Shown: one piece after another, positions 18,658 through 28,767 of the stretch | Position numbering within the stretch: position 1 is the stretch's first letter | Layout: the number at the start of each line of letters is the position of its first letter | Origin: an uncultured Actinomycetes bacterium | GTDB taxonomy: Bacteria > Actinomycetota > Thermoleophilia > Gaiellales > Gaiellaceae | Length of the DNA stretch: 64,000 bases | Assembly: GCA_963841425.1 (NCBI GenBank) | Contig: CAWJCL010000002.1 | Location: forward strand, 793,303 to 857,302 | Reading direction: 5' to 3' | The notes under the pieces: model-generated | Databases searched by the model: none | Seen by the model: only the letters and a program-made list of their open reading frames with translations | Told to the model about the DNA's origin: nothing | Program-made: the position numbers and the translations under genes

Positions 18658-19574
18658 TGCGGCAGAGCGACGAGCTGCCCGTTGCGCTCTTCGAAGAGCT
18701 CCGGGCTGAGCGGGTTTTTCCCCGTGGTGAACTCCTGCAGGACCTTGCCCTTGATCACAGGCGCATAGTTGCGCGTGAGGGCCACGAACACGCTCTCCAG
18801 CGGAACGGCGTAGACAGCAGGGCCGCCGAGCTCCTTCACGATCTCGCGCCTCAGGCCGGGGACGAGCATGCGCGACGCGTCGTAGCCGTCGCCGGAGGCC
18901 CAGCCGCAGAGCTTCTGGCCGCCCGACGGCTCGCAGAGGAGCTTCTGCTCCCTGTTGGTCTGCTTCTCCAGGTTGGCAAGCGCGAGGGAGTCGATCTCAC
19001 CCACCGACTGGCCCCAGCGGGCGAGGTCGTCCTTCGTGGCGACCGTGAGGTAGTGGTCGCCCTGCACCGCGTAGATGACGTCGAGGTCGTCGAATTGCCT
19101 GACCGCCGGGTCGCTCTCGATCCGGCTCACGTCGATGCGCCGCTTGAGCATCGGCATCAGGTGCCCGCGCACCTCGGCGAAGCTCCGCTTGGTGTTCCCC
19201 TCCTCCATGCGCCTGACCGCCTCCTGGACGAGGCCGTCGACGATCTCGTCCTGGCGGCCCGGGTCGGAGGTGTACTGCTTGTAGGCGTCGTCGAGGACGA
19301 GCTGCACCGTGTCGAGACCGCTCTGCTCGCTCACGTCGACGTTCAGGCCGAAGCCGGGGTCGCCCTGGAGGTCGGAGCCGGTGATGACCGCGGCCGCGAC
19401 CTTGTTCTTGAAGTCGCGCTGGGAGAGCGCTCCCTGCGTCGTCGTAGCGTCGCTCGTTCCCGCGCTGGTGCTGCCGACGCTCGTCGTCTCGCCGCCGCCG
19501 CCGCTGTCGCAGGCCGATACGGACGCGGCCAGAAACGCCGTCAGGGCGAGGAGGAGGAAAATGCGCACGTGCAT
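18654..19574 (-). CDS. lipoprotein of unknown function (DUF1444-like guess)
   Basis: Starts at ATG 19574. Signal peptide with lipobox (LLLALTAFLAASVSAC). The 5' extension in the track ORF is spurious. Confidence 0.55.
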   Translation of the reverse strand: MHVRIFLLLALTAFLAASVSACDSGGGGETTSVGSTSAGTSDATTTQGALSQRDFKNKVAAAVITGSDLQGDPGFGLNVDVSEQSGLDTVQLVLDDAYKQYTSDPGRQDEIVDGLVQEAVRRMEEGNTKRSFAEVRGHLMPMLKRRIDVSRIESDPAVRQFDDLDVIYAVQGDHYLTVATKDDLARWGQSVGEIDSLALANLEKQTNREQKLLCEPSGGQKLCGWASGDGYDASRMLVPGLRREIVKELGGPAVYAVPLESVFVALTRNYAPVIKGKVLQEFTTGKNPLSPELFEERNGQLVALPQ

Positions 19575-19623
19575 AGGATGCCGACGGCCGCGCGCCGCCC
19601 GTCGCACTTCCTGCGAGGTTGGG

Positions 19624-20118
19624 TTAGGCCGGTGCGGCGACGGACTCGAGCACCTCGTCGAGCCAGACGCCTGCCGCTTCCTCGTCGAGCCCCTTCGCAT
19701 ACATGAGCTCGCTCGCGAGGATCTTCTTGGCCTTCACGAACATCTGCTTCTCGCCGGTCGAGAGGCCCTTCTCCTGGTCCCTCAGGGACAGGTTCCGTAC
19801 CACCTCGGCCAGCTCGAAGATGTCGCCCGTCTTCATCTTGTCCCGGTTGTGCTTGAAGCGGCGATTCCAGTTCTTCGGCATCTTGGTGCCACTGCCGTGC
19901 AGGACCTCGAGCACCTGCTCGACCATCTCTTCGTCGATCACCTTGCGGAGCCCGACTCGCTCGGCGTTCTCCGCGGGCACGTTGACGGTCATGTCGTTGT
20001 GCAGGATCTTGATGGTCAGGTATTCGCGCTCCTGCCCCAGAATGGTTCGTTTCTCCTTCTTCACCACGGTGCCAGCGCCGTGATGGGGATAGACGACCTT
20101 ATCGCCGACTTTGTACAA
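19624..20118 (-). CDS. carD: CarD family transcriptional regulator
   Basis: TTG 20118 is preceded by GAGGAGGAG. YKVGDKVVYPHHGAGTVV... aligns closely with mycobacterial CarD. Confidence 0.9.
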   Translation of the reverse strand: MYKVGDKVVYPHHGAGTVVKKEKRTILGQEREYLTIKILHNDMTVNVPAENAERVGLRKVIDEEMVEQVLEVLHGSGTKMPKNWNRRFKHNRDKMKTGDIFELAEVVRNLSLRDQEKGLSTGEKQMFVKAKKILASELMYAKGLDEEAAGVWLDEVLESVAAPA

Positions 20119-20177
20119 GCTCTCCTCCTCTTTCCGGGCCCAAAAAAAGCCGCGCCAGATGCCTGCGGAACTCAGCC

Positions 20178-20207
20178 ATTGTATCGGAAATGCCCTTAAA
20201 ACGCCAA
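20178..20207 (-). promoter_or_regulatory. candidate carD promoter
   Basis: Minus strand reads TTGGCG, an 18-nt spacer, then TACAAT, about 55 nt upstream of the TTG start. Confidence 0.4.
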
Positions 20208-20271
20208 GTTTCCAGGACTTTTGTGCCCGATTGCGGGCACTTTGCAACCTGAGACAGGCTAATTCGGCGCG

Positions 20272-20307
20272 TTAAAGCTGCAAATAGCGGTCGACAAGAT
20301 TCAACAT
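20272..20307 (-). repeat. recoded duplicate of the disA 3' end (mini-ORF MLNLVDRYLQL)
   Basis: A 17-nt identical core (AATCTTGTCGACCGCTA) is shared with 20363-20379. The following four sense codons differ only synonymously and both copies end in a stop (TAT TTG CAG CTT TAA versus TAC CTC CAG TTG TAG). Confidence 0.6.
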
Positions 20308-20349
20308 GGGGGAACCCAGGGTTCCGCCACGAGCCCCCTCCTTAAATGC

Positions 20350-21435
20350 CTACAACTGGAGGTAGCGGTCGACAAGATTGTGCTCCTGCAGCCGCCGCAG
20401 GCCCTCGCGGATCTCGCGCGCCCTGACCGCACCGACGCCGTCGACCGCCTCGAGGTCTCGGTGGCTGGCTCGGATGACCGCGTCGAGAGACGAAAAGTCC
20501 CGCACGAGGTGGCGGATGACGTTGTCCGGGAGCCTCGGGATCCTCGAGAGCACCCGGTAGCCGCGCGGCTGCACCCCGTAGTCGAGCGGATTCGTGTCGC
20601 GCGCGTAGCCCAGCACCTCGGCGAGCTCCTCGAACTCGAGCAGCTGCGTGTGCGTCAGGCCGGCAAGGCGCTCGAGCACCTCGGCTGCCTTGTGCGGCTC
20701 GCCCGAAGGCTCGTAGTCGTAGACGATCGATGCCTTGTCGCGCGGGACGTCTTCCATGAGCTCGTCGAGCTGCATGCGGATCAAGCGCCCCTCGCCGCCG
20801 AGCTCGACGCAGTTGCGCTCGATCTCCTCGGCCATCCTCGTCGTCATCTCGGCGCGCTGGACGACCACGAGCACGTCGTCGAGCATGACGGCGCTTTGAA
20901 ACTCGAGCGCGGTGAGGCGCGTGAGGCCCTGGTCCAGGCGCTGGCGGTAGGTCTCGAGCGTTCCGAGTGCCTGGTTCGTGCGGGCGAGGACGTCCGAGAT
21001 CTCGCCGAGCTGGTAGCGGAGGTCGCGCACGAAAATGGTGACCGTCTCGCGCTGCTGGGAGATCGAGATCACGAGCGCCTCGGTCTGCTTGGCGACGCGC
21101 TCGGCGGTTCGGTGACGCGTGCCCGTCTCCTCGGATGCGATGGAGGGGTCGGGCATGAGCTGCACGTTCGCGTAGACGATCTTCTGCGCCGACTCGTTGA
21201 GGATGATCGCCCCGTCCATCTTGGCCAGCTCGTAGATGAGCTGCGACGTGAAGGGCAGGTCGAGCCGCATGCCGCCCGAGTAGAGGAACGAGAGCGCGTT
21301 CGGATCGCCGATGACGATGAGCGCCCCCAGCTCGGCGCGGATGATGTCGTCCATCCCCCCGCGCAGGGGGGTTCCCGGTGCGACCCGGCTCAGGGCCGAG
21401 AGGAGAGTCTTGTCAGTCCGAGGATCCGCTCGCAT
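20350..21435 (-). CDS. disA: DNA integrity scanning protein DisA (diadenylate cyclase)
   Basis: DAC domain (GALIVIGD, DGAIIL, TRHRTAER) plus a C-terminal HhH domain. Confidence 0.9.
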   Translation of the reverse strand: MRADPRTDKTLLSALSRVAPGTPLRGGMDDIIRAELGALIVIGDPNALSFLYSGGMRLDLPFTSQLIYELAKMDGAIILNESAQKIVYANVQLMPDPSIASEETGTRHRTAERVAKQTEALVISISQQRETVTIFVRDLRYQLGEISDVLARTNQALGTLETYRQRLDQGLTRLTALEFQSAVMLDDVLVVVQRAEMTTRMAEEIERNCVELGGEGRLIRMQLDELMEDVPRDKASIVYDYEPSGEPHKAAEVLERLAGLTHTQLLEFEELAEVLGYARDTNPLDYGVQPRGYRVLSRIPRLPDNVIRHLVRDFSSLDAVIRASHRDLEAVDGVGAVRAREIREGLRRLQEHNLVDRYLQL

Positions 21436-22768
21436 CGAGCCCCGCTTGAATGGCCTGCCTCAGCGTCTGCGCTGCCGTCAAGCGCATTTTGCCACGAGAC
21501 TCGGTGCCTTCCGGCACGATCGCTTCCGAAAAGCCGAGCTTGGCGCATTCGGCCAGCCGCCGCTCCGCCTGGCCCGCGGGCCGGAGCCGCCCGGTCAGGC
21601 CCACCTCGCCGAAGCACGCAAGCCCCTCGCGCACCTGCACTCCGCGCGCCGCAGAGGCAATGGCGAGCGCGATGCCGACATCGGCACCCGGCTCGTCGAT
21701 CCGCAGGCCACCGGCCACGTTCACGAAGACGTCGGCCTGCCCGAGGGCGGCTCCCGCATGCCGTCCGAGGACGGCGACGATCATGGACAGGCGCTTCGGG
21801 TCCACTCCCGTGGCGACCCGCCGGGGCATGGCGAGGTCGCTCGGTGAGACGAGCGCCTGGATCTCGAGGAGGAGCGGGCGCGTCCCCTCGAGCGCGCAGA
21901 CCACGGCCGAGCCAGGCTGGTCGTCCTGTGAGCGGCCGAAGAGCTCGGACGGATCCTCGACTCCCTCGAGGCCCGCGCCCGTCATCTCGAAGACGCCGAG
22001 CTCGTTCGTCGAGCCGAACCGGTTTTTCACGGCGCGAAGGACACGGTGCGAGCGGTAGCGGTCGCCCTCGAAATGCAGGACGCAGTCGACGAGGTGCTCG
22101 AGGACGCGCGGCCCCGCGACGTTTCCGTCCTTCGTCACGTGCCCGACGAGGAACGTGGCAATCCCCAGCTCCTTCGCAACCCGGAGCAGCCTGCCGGCGG
22201 CCTCGCGGACCTGCGCCACCGAGCCTGGCGCCGAGCCGAGCTCCGGCGCGTACAGCGTCTGCACCGAGTCGATCACGCACACGTCGGGCCGCTCCCGCTC
22301 GAGGGTGGCACACACCTCGTCGAGGTTCGTCTCCGCCAGAATGTGCACGTCGGCTCCGCCGCCGAGCCGGTCGGCGCGGAGCTTCACCTGCGCCGCCGAC
22401 TCCTCGCCCGTGACGAGCAGGACTCGCCGGTCGGCGGAGAGCGAACGGAGCGCCATGAGCAGAAGCGTCGACTTCCCGATCCCCGGGTCGCCGCTCACGA
22501 GGACGAGGCTCGCCGGCACGAGCCCGCCGCCCAGCACGCGGTCGAGCTCGGTCACTCCAGTCGGAATCCGCTCGGCGTCGGCCGCCTCGACGTCGACCAG
22601 GCGAAGCAACGGGCGGCCTGCCGCCCGAGTCGCCCCTTTCGGCGCCGCAGTGATCCGCTCCTCGACGAGGGTGCCCCAGCTTTCGCACGCGGGGCACTTG
22701 CCGAGCCACTTCCCGGTCGTGTACCCGCACTCGGAGCAGGCGTGCTGGATGGCCGCGGCCTTTGCCAT
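21413..22768 (-). CDS. radA: DNA repair protein RadA/Sms
   Basis: Starts at ATG 22768. Has a zinc finger CSECGYTTGKWLGKCPAC, Walker A GDPGIGKST, and a Lon-like C-domain. The track ORF extension is spurious. Confidence 0.9.
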   Translation of the reverse strand: MAKAAAIQHACSECGYTTGKWLGKCPACESWGTLVEERITAAPKGATRAAGRPLLRLVDVEAADAERIPTGVTELDRVLGGGLVPASLVLVSGDPGIGKSTLLLMALRSLSADRRVLLVTGEESAAQVKLRADRLGGGADVHILAETNLDEVCATLERERPDVCVIDSVQTLYAPELGSAPGSVAQVREAAGRLLRVAKELGIATFLVGHVTKDGNVAGPRVLEHLVDCVLHFEGDRYRSHRVLRAVKNRFGSTNELGVFEMTGAGLEGVEDPSELFGRSQDDQPGSAVVCALEGTRPLLLEIQALVSPSDLAMPRRVATGVDPKRLSMIVAVLGRHAGAALGQADVFVNVAGGLRIDEPGADVGIALAIASAARGVQVREGLACFGEVGLTGRLRPAGQAERRLAECAKLGFSEAIVPEGTESRGKMRLTAAQTLRQAIQAGLDASGSSD

Positions 22769-22828
22769 GGGCGACCCATCGTAGGGCCGGGGTCCGACGT
22801 TTCCTGGCTCCTGGGACAATCCGCGACG

Positions 22829-23551
22829 ATGCCGCCGCAGATCTTCACCATCTCGGAACGCCCCGATCTCGAGAACCGACTCGACGAGATCATCGATCCC
22901 TGGCCCGAGTTCCTGAATCATGACCCGGTCGTGCGCCGGTTCTTTCCTCAGCTCTACGAGCATTTTCGCGACTTTCAATTCGTGCTCTACGAGCCGGACA
23001 CGGATGTCGTGCTCGGGGAGGCGTGCAGCATTCCGATCCGCTGGGGAGGACGAATCGAAACGCTTCCCGCAGGCGTGCGGGTGCTGGAGGGGGGCTTCGC
23101 AGAGTCGAATCCCAATGTCCTTTGTGCGTTGATGGCCGTGGTCGACGAACGGCACCGGGGCCAGAGGCTTTCTGGTGCCCTCGTCGATGAGATGGCCAGG
23201 GCAGCGGCAAATGCTGGATTCGATTGCCTGCTCGCCCCCGTTCGGCCGACCTTGAAAGAGCGATACCCCCTCACGCCCATCGAGCGCTACATGCGCTGGA
23301 CGCGGGAGGACGGGCTCCCGTTCGACCCGTGGATCCGGTTACACCATCGGCTAGGCGCGGAACTCCTCGCGGCGGCCCCCGAGTCCATGGTCATCTCCGG
23401 CAGCGTGACGGAGTGGGAATCGTGGACCGGCATGTCCTTCCCGGAGGACGACGACTACGTCGTGCCAGGCGCGCTCGTACCCGTGCGGTTCCGAGAGGGC
23501 GTCGGGCGATACGTCGAGCCGAACGTCTGGATGCGGCACGAGCCGCGCTAG
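22829..23551 (+). CDS. GNAT-like acetyltransferase family protein (uncertain)
   Basis: This is the tail of track ORF 22046..23551, starting at ATG 22829. It has an acetyl-CoA-type motif MAVVDERHRGQRLSGALVDEM. Confidence 0.5.
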   Translation: MPPQIFTISERPDLENRLDEIIDPWPEFLNHDPVVRRFFPQLYEHFRDFQFVLYEPDTDVVLGEACSIPIRWGGRIETLPAGVRVLEGGFAESNPNVLCALMAVVDERHRGQRLSGALVDEMARAAANAGFDCLLAPVRPTLKERYPLTPIERYMRWTREDGLPFDPWIRLHHRLGAELLAAAPESMVISGSVTEWESWTGMSFPEDDDYVVPGALVPVRFREGVGRYVEPNVWMRHEPR

Positions 23552-24744
23552 TGGAAGCGCTCGATGCGGAAGGGCTCGAGCTCGCGCGGGGAAGCGCCGT
23601 CCAGGATCACCTGCGCGAGGAGCTTCCCCGTGATCGGGCCGAGCGTGATGCCCATGCGCCCATGCCCCGTGGCGACGTAGAGGCCTTCGCGCCCGGGGAC
23701 CGCGCCGATCACCGGAAGACCGTCGGAGGGATAGGGGCGAAGGCCGGCCCACTCGAGCTCGACCGTCTCCGGCTCCCAGTCCTCGAGGAATGCGGCGGAG
23801 GAGCGGACGATCGCGTCGATCCGCTTGCGCTTGAGCGACTCGTCGATCCCCGTCAGGTCGAAAATGCCCGCGATCCTGAAAAGGCCGCCGTCGAACGTGC
23901 TCGTCCCGACCTTCCCCTCGGAGAGGTAGAGGGCGTGACGCGGCAGGGTTCCGCTCGACGTCGCGGTGATGCTGTAGCCCTTCGCCGCCTCCATGGGGAA
24001 GCGGCTCTCGCCGAGGAGCTCGCCGGACCAGGCACCGGCCGCCACGACCGCGGCGTCGGCGTCCAGATCCTTGAGGTCGTCGACGGCGGTGTTCTCCTGC
24101 ACGTGCGCACCGTTCGCGCGGAGCCACGCGGCGAGACCGTGAGAGACGCTCTCCGGGCGCACGTAGCGCTCGCTCGGCGCGTGCACGCCGCCGACCACGC
24201 CCTCGGAGAGCGCCGGGTCGAGCTCGCGGGCCTCGTCGCCCGAGATGACCCGTACCGGCCCTTCGTACCCCGCTTCCTCGGCCTCGGTGAGCATCGCTGC
24301 GTACTCGTCGAGACCGGGCTCGGTCAGCGCCGCGACGAGCATTCCGGTCGAGTGCAGCTCGAAGTCCACCCCGGCCGCGCGCAGCTCGTCGTAGTCGGCG
24401 AACGCGGACTTCGTCAGCGCCACGGTCGCCTCGAGACCCGCCCGGTAGCGCTCCGCCGATGAGGCGCGCCAGAAGCCCCACGACCAGCGAAGAAAAGACG
24501 GTCCCAAGAGTGGGCTGATGAGAAGAGGGCTGTCGCGGCGCAGCATCCCGCGAAGCGCTCCGCCCATGACCCCCGGGGCTGGAAGGGGAGCAGAGAGCCC
24601 GGGGCAGATCCAGCCCGTGTTGCCGCGCGAGCAGCCCTCGCCCACGCGGCCGCGCTCGTACACCGTCACCTCGGCACCTTCGCGCCTGAGCGCGAACGCG
24701 CACGAGAGGCCGACGACGCCCCCGCCGACTATGGCAACCCGCAC
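23548..24744 (-). CDS. FAD-dependent oxidoreductase (DadA/glycine oxidase-like)
   Basis: Starts at GTG 24744. Dinucleotide motif VAIVGGGVVGLSCA. Confidence 0.8.
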   Translation of the reverse strand: MRVAIVGGGVVGLSCAFALRREGAEVTVYERGRVGEGCSRGNTGWICPGLSAPLPAPGVMGGALRGMLRRDSPLLISPLLGPSFLRWSWGFWRASSAERYRAGLEATVALTKSAFADYDELRAAGVDFELHSTGMLVAALTEPGLDEYAAMLTEAEEAGYEGPVRVISGDEARELDPALSEGVVGGVHAPSERYVRPESVSHGLAAWLRANGAHVQENTAVDDLKDLDADAAVVAAGAWSGELLGESRFPMEAAKGYSITATSSGTLPRHALYLSEGKVGTSTFDGGLFRIAGIFDLTGIDESLKRKRIDAIVRSSAAFLEDWEPETVELEWAGLRPYPSDGLPVIGAVPGREGLYVATGHGRMGITLGPITGKLLAQVILDGASPRELEPFRIERFH

Positions 24745-24748
24745 GCGC

Positions 24749-25456
24749 CTAGTAGCCGGAGAAGCTGTCCGACTGGACCTGTTCTTCGGGGACGCCCGCT
24801 TCGAGGATCGCAGCCTCGACGGCCTTTGCCATCCCGGGCGGCCCGGCGACCATGAAGTGGAAAGCGTCCAGATCCGCCCCGAGGACGTCCTGGAGCATTT
24901 CGGGGCTGATCCTTCGCTTCTCGCCGTCCCAGCTCTCATCCTGGTCCATCGTGAAGACGACGCGGCCCCTCGGCAGATCCGCCTCGAGCTCCTGCAGCTC
25001 CTCGAAGAACGGCGTGGATTCCCGGTCGCGGTTCGAATAGACGAGGGTGACTCGATAGTCGAGACCCTTGTCGACCATGTACCGAAGCATGCTGCGGAAG
25101 GGTGTGATGCCGATTCCGCCCGCGAGAAAGACGTAGTCCTTGGAAGTGTCCTCCGGAAGCAAGAAGCTCCCCTTCGGCTGCTCGACGTCGACGGGCGCGC
25201 CCACGGGAAGCTCGGCAAGGGACTTCTTGAAGGCCGAGTCGCGCAAGCGCGTCGCGAGGCCGAGCGCGCCCTCGGTGGGCGACGTGACGACTGTGATGTG
25301 CCGCCGAGCCCCCTTTTCGTCCTCGTAGGGCGGATCGAGGAGCTCGACCCAGAAGTATTCGCCCGGCGTCCAGTCGACCTCGTCGCCGACGAGCTCGAAG
25401 GTCACCATCAGGGTCCCCTTCGCGACCTCACGCTTGTCCTTGATTGTCGCCTTCAT
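24749..25456 (-). CDS. FNR-like FAD/NAD(P)-binding oxidoreductase
   Basis: Motifs RHITVVTSP (RxYS-like) and FLAGGIGITPFRSML. Confidence 0.75.
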   Translation of the reverse strand: MKATIKDKREVAKGTLMVTFELVGDEVDWTPGEYFWVELLDPPYEDEKGARRHITVVTSPTEGALGLATRLRDSAFKKSLAELPVGAPVDVEQPKGSFLLPEDTSKDYVFLAGGIGITPFRSMLRYMVDKGLDYRVTLVYSNRDRESTPFFEELQELEADLPRGRVVFTMDQDESWDGEKRRISPEMLQDVLGADLDAFHFMVAGPPGMAKAVEAAILEAGVPEEQVQSDSFSGY

Positions 25457-25538
25457 CGCTCTCCCACTACGTGGCAGGCATTGTGGCGGTTCTTACGCCT
25501 CGGTGCGCAGAGCGACGGCGGCGCGCCAGCGGGCAGTG

Positions 25539-28067
25539 CTAGTCGTCGTCGTGCGGCTCGCCGTCGCCCGCGTCGGCCGACGGCTCTTCGGGCGGAACCG
25601 TGACCTTCTCGGGCTCGGGCTCGTCGGGCGGATCGACGACCGAGATGCCGACCTCTTCGTCGTCCTTGCGGTCGACCATGATCGTCGAGCCGGGCTTGAG
25701 CGAGCGACCGAGGACGAAGTCCGCGAGCGGATCCTCGATGTAGTGCTGGATCGCGCGGCGGAGCGGCCGGGCACCCATCGCCGGATCGTAGCCCTTCTCG
25801 ACGAGCAACTCCTTCGCTTCCTCGCTGAGCTCGATGGCCGCCTCGTGCTCGCCCATCTGCTCCTTGAGGCGCTTCATCATCAGGTCGACGATGATCTTGA
25901 TCTCGTCCTTCGTCAGCTTGTGGAAGACGATCACCTCGTCGATGCGGTTCAGAAGCTCGGGGCGGAAGACCTTCTTGAGCTCGCCCATGATCCGGTCCTT
26001 CATGTCCTCGTAGGACAGGCCCGTCTCGTCGCCGACGGTGAAACCGAGCGACTGGTTCTTCGAGATGGTGGCCGCGCCGATGTTCGAGGTCATGATCACG
26101 ATCGTGTTGCGGAAGTCGACCTTGCGGCCCTGGGCGTCGGTCAGCTTCCCGTCCTCGAGGATCTGGAGCAGGATGTTGAAGACGTCCGGGTGGGCCTTCT
26201 CGATCTCGTCGAGGAGGACGACCGAGTACGGCTTGCGGCGCACGGCCTCGGTCAGCTGGCCGCCCTCGTCGTAGCCGATGTAGCCCGGGGGCGAGCCGAC
26301 GAGCCGGGACACGGAGTGCTTCTCCATGTACTCCGACATGTCGACCTGGATCATCGCGTCCTCGTCGCCGAAGAGGAACTCGGCGAGCGTGCGCGCGAGC
26401 TCGGTCTTCCCCACGCCCGAAGGGCCGAGGAAGATGAACGAGCCGGTCGGGCGCTTCGGGTCCTTGATGCCGGCCCGCGCGCGGCGGATCGACTTGGAGA
26501 CGGCGACGATCGCCTCGTTCTGGCCGATGACGCGCTTGTGCAGCTCGTCCTCCATGCGGATGAGCTTCTGCGACTCGGCCTCGGTGAGCTTGAAGACCGG
26601 GATGCCCGTCCACATGGAGACGATGTCCGCGATCTCCTCCTCGCCGATCTCCGGCTGCTCGACCTGCTCCGAGTTGCGCCACTTCTCCTCGAGGTCGCGC
26701 TTCTTCTGCGACAGCTTGCGCTCCTTGTCGCGGAGGTTGGCGGCCTTCTCGAACTCCTGCGCCTCGATGGCGGCTTCCTTTTCCTCGCGCACGCGCTCGA
26801 TCTCTTCCTCGAGCTCGCGGTGCCGCGGGGGAGCCGTCATCGTCTTGATGCGCATGCGGGACGCGGCCTCGTCGATGAGGTCGATCGCCTTGTCCGGCAG
26901 GTGGCGGTCCTGGATGTAGCGGTCGGAGAGCACCGCTGCCGCGCGCAGGGCGTCGTCGGTGATCGTGCAGCGGTGGTGCGCCTCGTAGCGGTCGCGCAGG
27001 CCCCGCAGGATCTGCTGCGTGTCGTCCACGGTCGGCTCGTCCACCTTGATCTGCTGGAAGCGGCGCTCGAGGGCTGCATCGCGCTCCAGGTACTTGCGGT
27101 ACTCGTCGAGCGTCGTCGCGCCGATCGTCTGCAGCTCGCCGCGGGCGAGCGCGGGCTTCAGGATCGAGGCGGCGTCGATCGCGCCCTCGGCGGCACCCGC
27201 GCCGACGAGATTGTGGAGCTCGTCGATGAACAGGATGATGTCGCCGCGCTGGGTGATCTCCTTCATCACCTTCTTCAGGCGCTCCTCGAACTCACCGCGG
27301 TACTTCGACCCGGCGACGAGAGCCGCGAGGTCGAGCGTGTAGATCTGCTTGCCCTTCAGGAGCTCGGGCACCTGATTCCCGCTGATGCGTGCGGCGAGAC
27401 CCTCGACGACCGCCGTCTTGCCGACGCCGGGCTCGCCGATGAGCACCGGGTTGTTCTTGGTGCGGCGCGAGAGGATCTGCATGACGCGCTCGATCTCCGT
27501 CTGGCGCCCGACGACCGGGTCGAGCTTGCCCTCGGAGGCCAGACGGGTGAGGTTGCGGCCGAACTGGTCGAGAAGCTTGGAGCTCTTCGTCTTCTCGCCC
27601 GCGGCGCCGCCTCCGCCCTGCTGCCGCCGGCCGGGGCCGGAGAGCATGCGGATGATCTCGTTGCGGATCTTCTCCGCGTCAGCGTCGAAGTCGAGCAGGA
27701 TGCGGGCCGCGACACCCTCGTTCTCGCGCACGAGGCCGAGGAGGATGTGCTCCGTCCCGATGTAGTTGTGGCCGAGAGAAAGCGCTTCGCGAAGCGCGAG
27801 CTCGAGGACTTTCTTGGCGCGCGGGGTGAACGGGATCTGGCCCGTCGTCACCTCGTCGCCCTGGCCGACGATGCGCGCGACCTGGGCGCGCACCTCCTCG
27901 ACCGTGATGTCGAGGCTCTCGAGGACCCGGGCTGCGAGCCCCTCTTCCTCCCGCAGGAGACCGAGGAGGATGTGCTCGGTCCCGATGTAGTTGTGCTTCA
28001 GCGCTCGGGCCTCGTCCTGTGCGAGAACGACGACCTGTCTTGCCCTCTCAGTAAACCGTTCGAACAA
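25539..28067 (-). CDS. clpC: ATP-dependent Clp protease ATP-binding subunit ClpC
   Basis: Clp_N repeats, two AAA+ modules ([16 protein letters not shown]) and a UVR motif. TTG start preceded by GAAAGGA. Confidence 0.95.
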   Translation of the reverse strand: MFERFTERARQVVVLAQDEARALKHNYIGTEHILLGLLREEEGLAARVLESLDITVEEVRAQVARIVGQGDEVTTGQIPFTPRAKKVLELALREALSLGHNYIGTEHILLGLVRENEGVAARILLDFDADAEKIRNEIIRMLSGPGRRQQGGGGAAGEKTKSSKLLDQFGRNLTRLASEGKLDPVVGRQTEIERVMQILSRRTKNNPVLIGEPGVGKTAVVEGLAARISGNQVPELLKGKQIYTLDLAALVAGSKYRGEFEERLKKVMKEITQRGDIILFIDELHNLVGAGAAEGAIDAASILKPALARGELQTIGATTLDEYRKYLERDAALERRFQQIKVDEPTVDDTQQILRGLRDRYEAHHRCTITDDALRAAAVLSDRYIQDRHLPDKAIDLIDEAASRMRIKTMTAPPRHRELEEEIERVREEKEAAIEAQEFEKAANLRDKERKLSQKKRDLEEKWRNSEQVEQPEIGEEEIADIVSMWTGIPVFKLTEAESQKLIRMEDELHKRVIGQNEAIVAVSKSIRRARAGIKDPKRPTGSFIFLGPSGVGKTELARTLAEFLFGDEDAMIQVDMSEYMEKHSVSRLVGSPPGYIGYDEGGQLTEAVRRKPYSVVLLDEIEKAHPDVFNILLQILEDGKLTDAQGRKVDFRNTIVIMTSNIGAATISKNQSLGFTVGDETGLSYEDMKDRIMGELKKVFRPELLNRIDEVIVFHKLTKDEIKIIVDLMMKRLKEQMGEHEAAIELSEEAKELLVEKGYDPAMGARPLRRAIQHYIEDPLADFVLGRSLKPGSTIMVDRKDDEEVGISVVDPPDEPEPEKVTVPPEEPSADAGDGEPHDDD

Positions 28068-28239
28068 ACCCTGAAATCCTTTCTCGCTGGCTCCGCGACC
28101 TATGGTACCGGTCCGGTCGGGAGCTACCGAAGCGCCTGCCAGACGCGCTACGTCTTCGTATCGGACGCGCGACAGGTTTTCTCAAGGATCCCTCTCACGA
28201 GGGCGGCGGAACCGTTCCGACTGGACGATTTTCTATCGT

Positions 28240-28767
28240 GTGAGCGTCGTCCGCTGGATCTCCATAGCCTTTGCAGCACTCGTTTTCGCGGCCCCGGCGG
28301 GCGCCACGACCGTCGCCCAGCACAACGGAGCAGAGAAGCGGCTCGTGCAGCGGATCAACCACGTGCGGGAAAACCACGGGCTCGAGCCACTGCACGTCGT
28401 CACGCGCCTGACACGCGCCGCGACCCGGCACTCGAACTCGATGGCGAACGTGGGTTACTTCCGGCATGAGCTTCGCCACAACGGCACGTGGAAGGCTTTC
28501 GGAACCTGGATCCGCTGGTACTGGCCGGGACCGGGCTACACGTCTTGGAGCGCGGGCGAGAACCTCGCCTGGGGAGCGCCCGGGCTCGGCGTCCGCAAGA
28601 CGGTCTCGCTCTGGATGCACAGCCCCGGCCACCGCGCCAACCTCCTCAGCAAGGACTGGAACAGGATCGGCGTCTCGATCGCCCACGTCGCCGACCCCGT
28701 CGGCTTCTACGAGGATTACCTGGAGGCGACGATCGTCACCGCGGACTTCGGGCGCCGCTCGAGGTGA
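28240..28767 (+). CDS. secreted CAP/SCP domain protein
   Basis: GTG 28240, with signal peptide ...VFAAPAGA. CAP-type motifs (HSNSMA, GENLAWG, WMHSPGHRANLL). Confidence 0.7.
   Translation: MSVVRWISIAFAALVFAAPAGATTVAQHNGAEKRLVQRINHVRENHGLEPLHVVTRLTRAATRHSNSMANVGYFRHELRHNGTWKAFGTWIRWYWPGPGYTSWSAGENLAWGAPGLGVRKTVSLWMHSPGHRANLLSKDWNRIGVSIAHVADPVGFYEDYLEATIVTADFGRRSR

Noticed and set aside
20380-22413. 677-aa plus-strand ORF. Similar long antisense or out-of-frame ORFs occur at 34897-36876, 53370-55472, 7373-9127, 11125-12810, 41382-42686, 57188-58330 and 59148-60326.
   Set aside because: All lie opposite or out of frame with confidently identified genes. They are Arg/Pro/Gly/Ala/Asp-rich and low in complexity. 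This is typical of open frames in roughly 70% GC DNA.
28068-28239. The 172-nt clpC leader, examined for a riboswitch, T-box or ClgR/CtsR-type operator
   Set aside because: It contains only short dyads (AGCGC-N9-GCGCT and CCCTC-GTGA-GAGGG) and nothing matching a motif I can name with confidence.
25434-28469. 1011-aa plus-strand ORF
   Set aside because: It is antisense to an unmistakable clpC. Its composition (L/D/E/R/V/A/G repeats) is what the reverse complement of a GC3-rich gene produces. It has no motifs and no SD.
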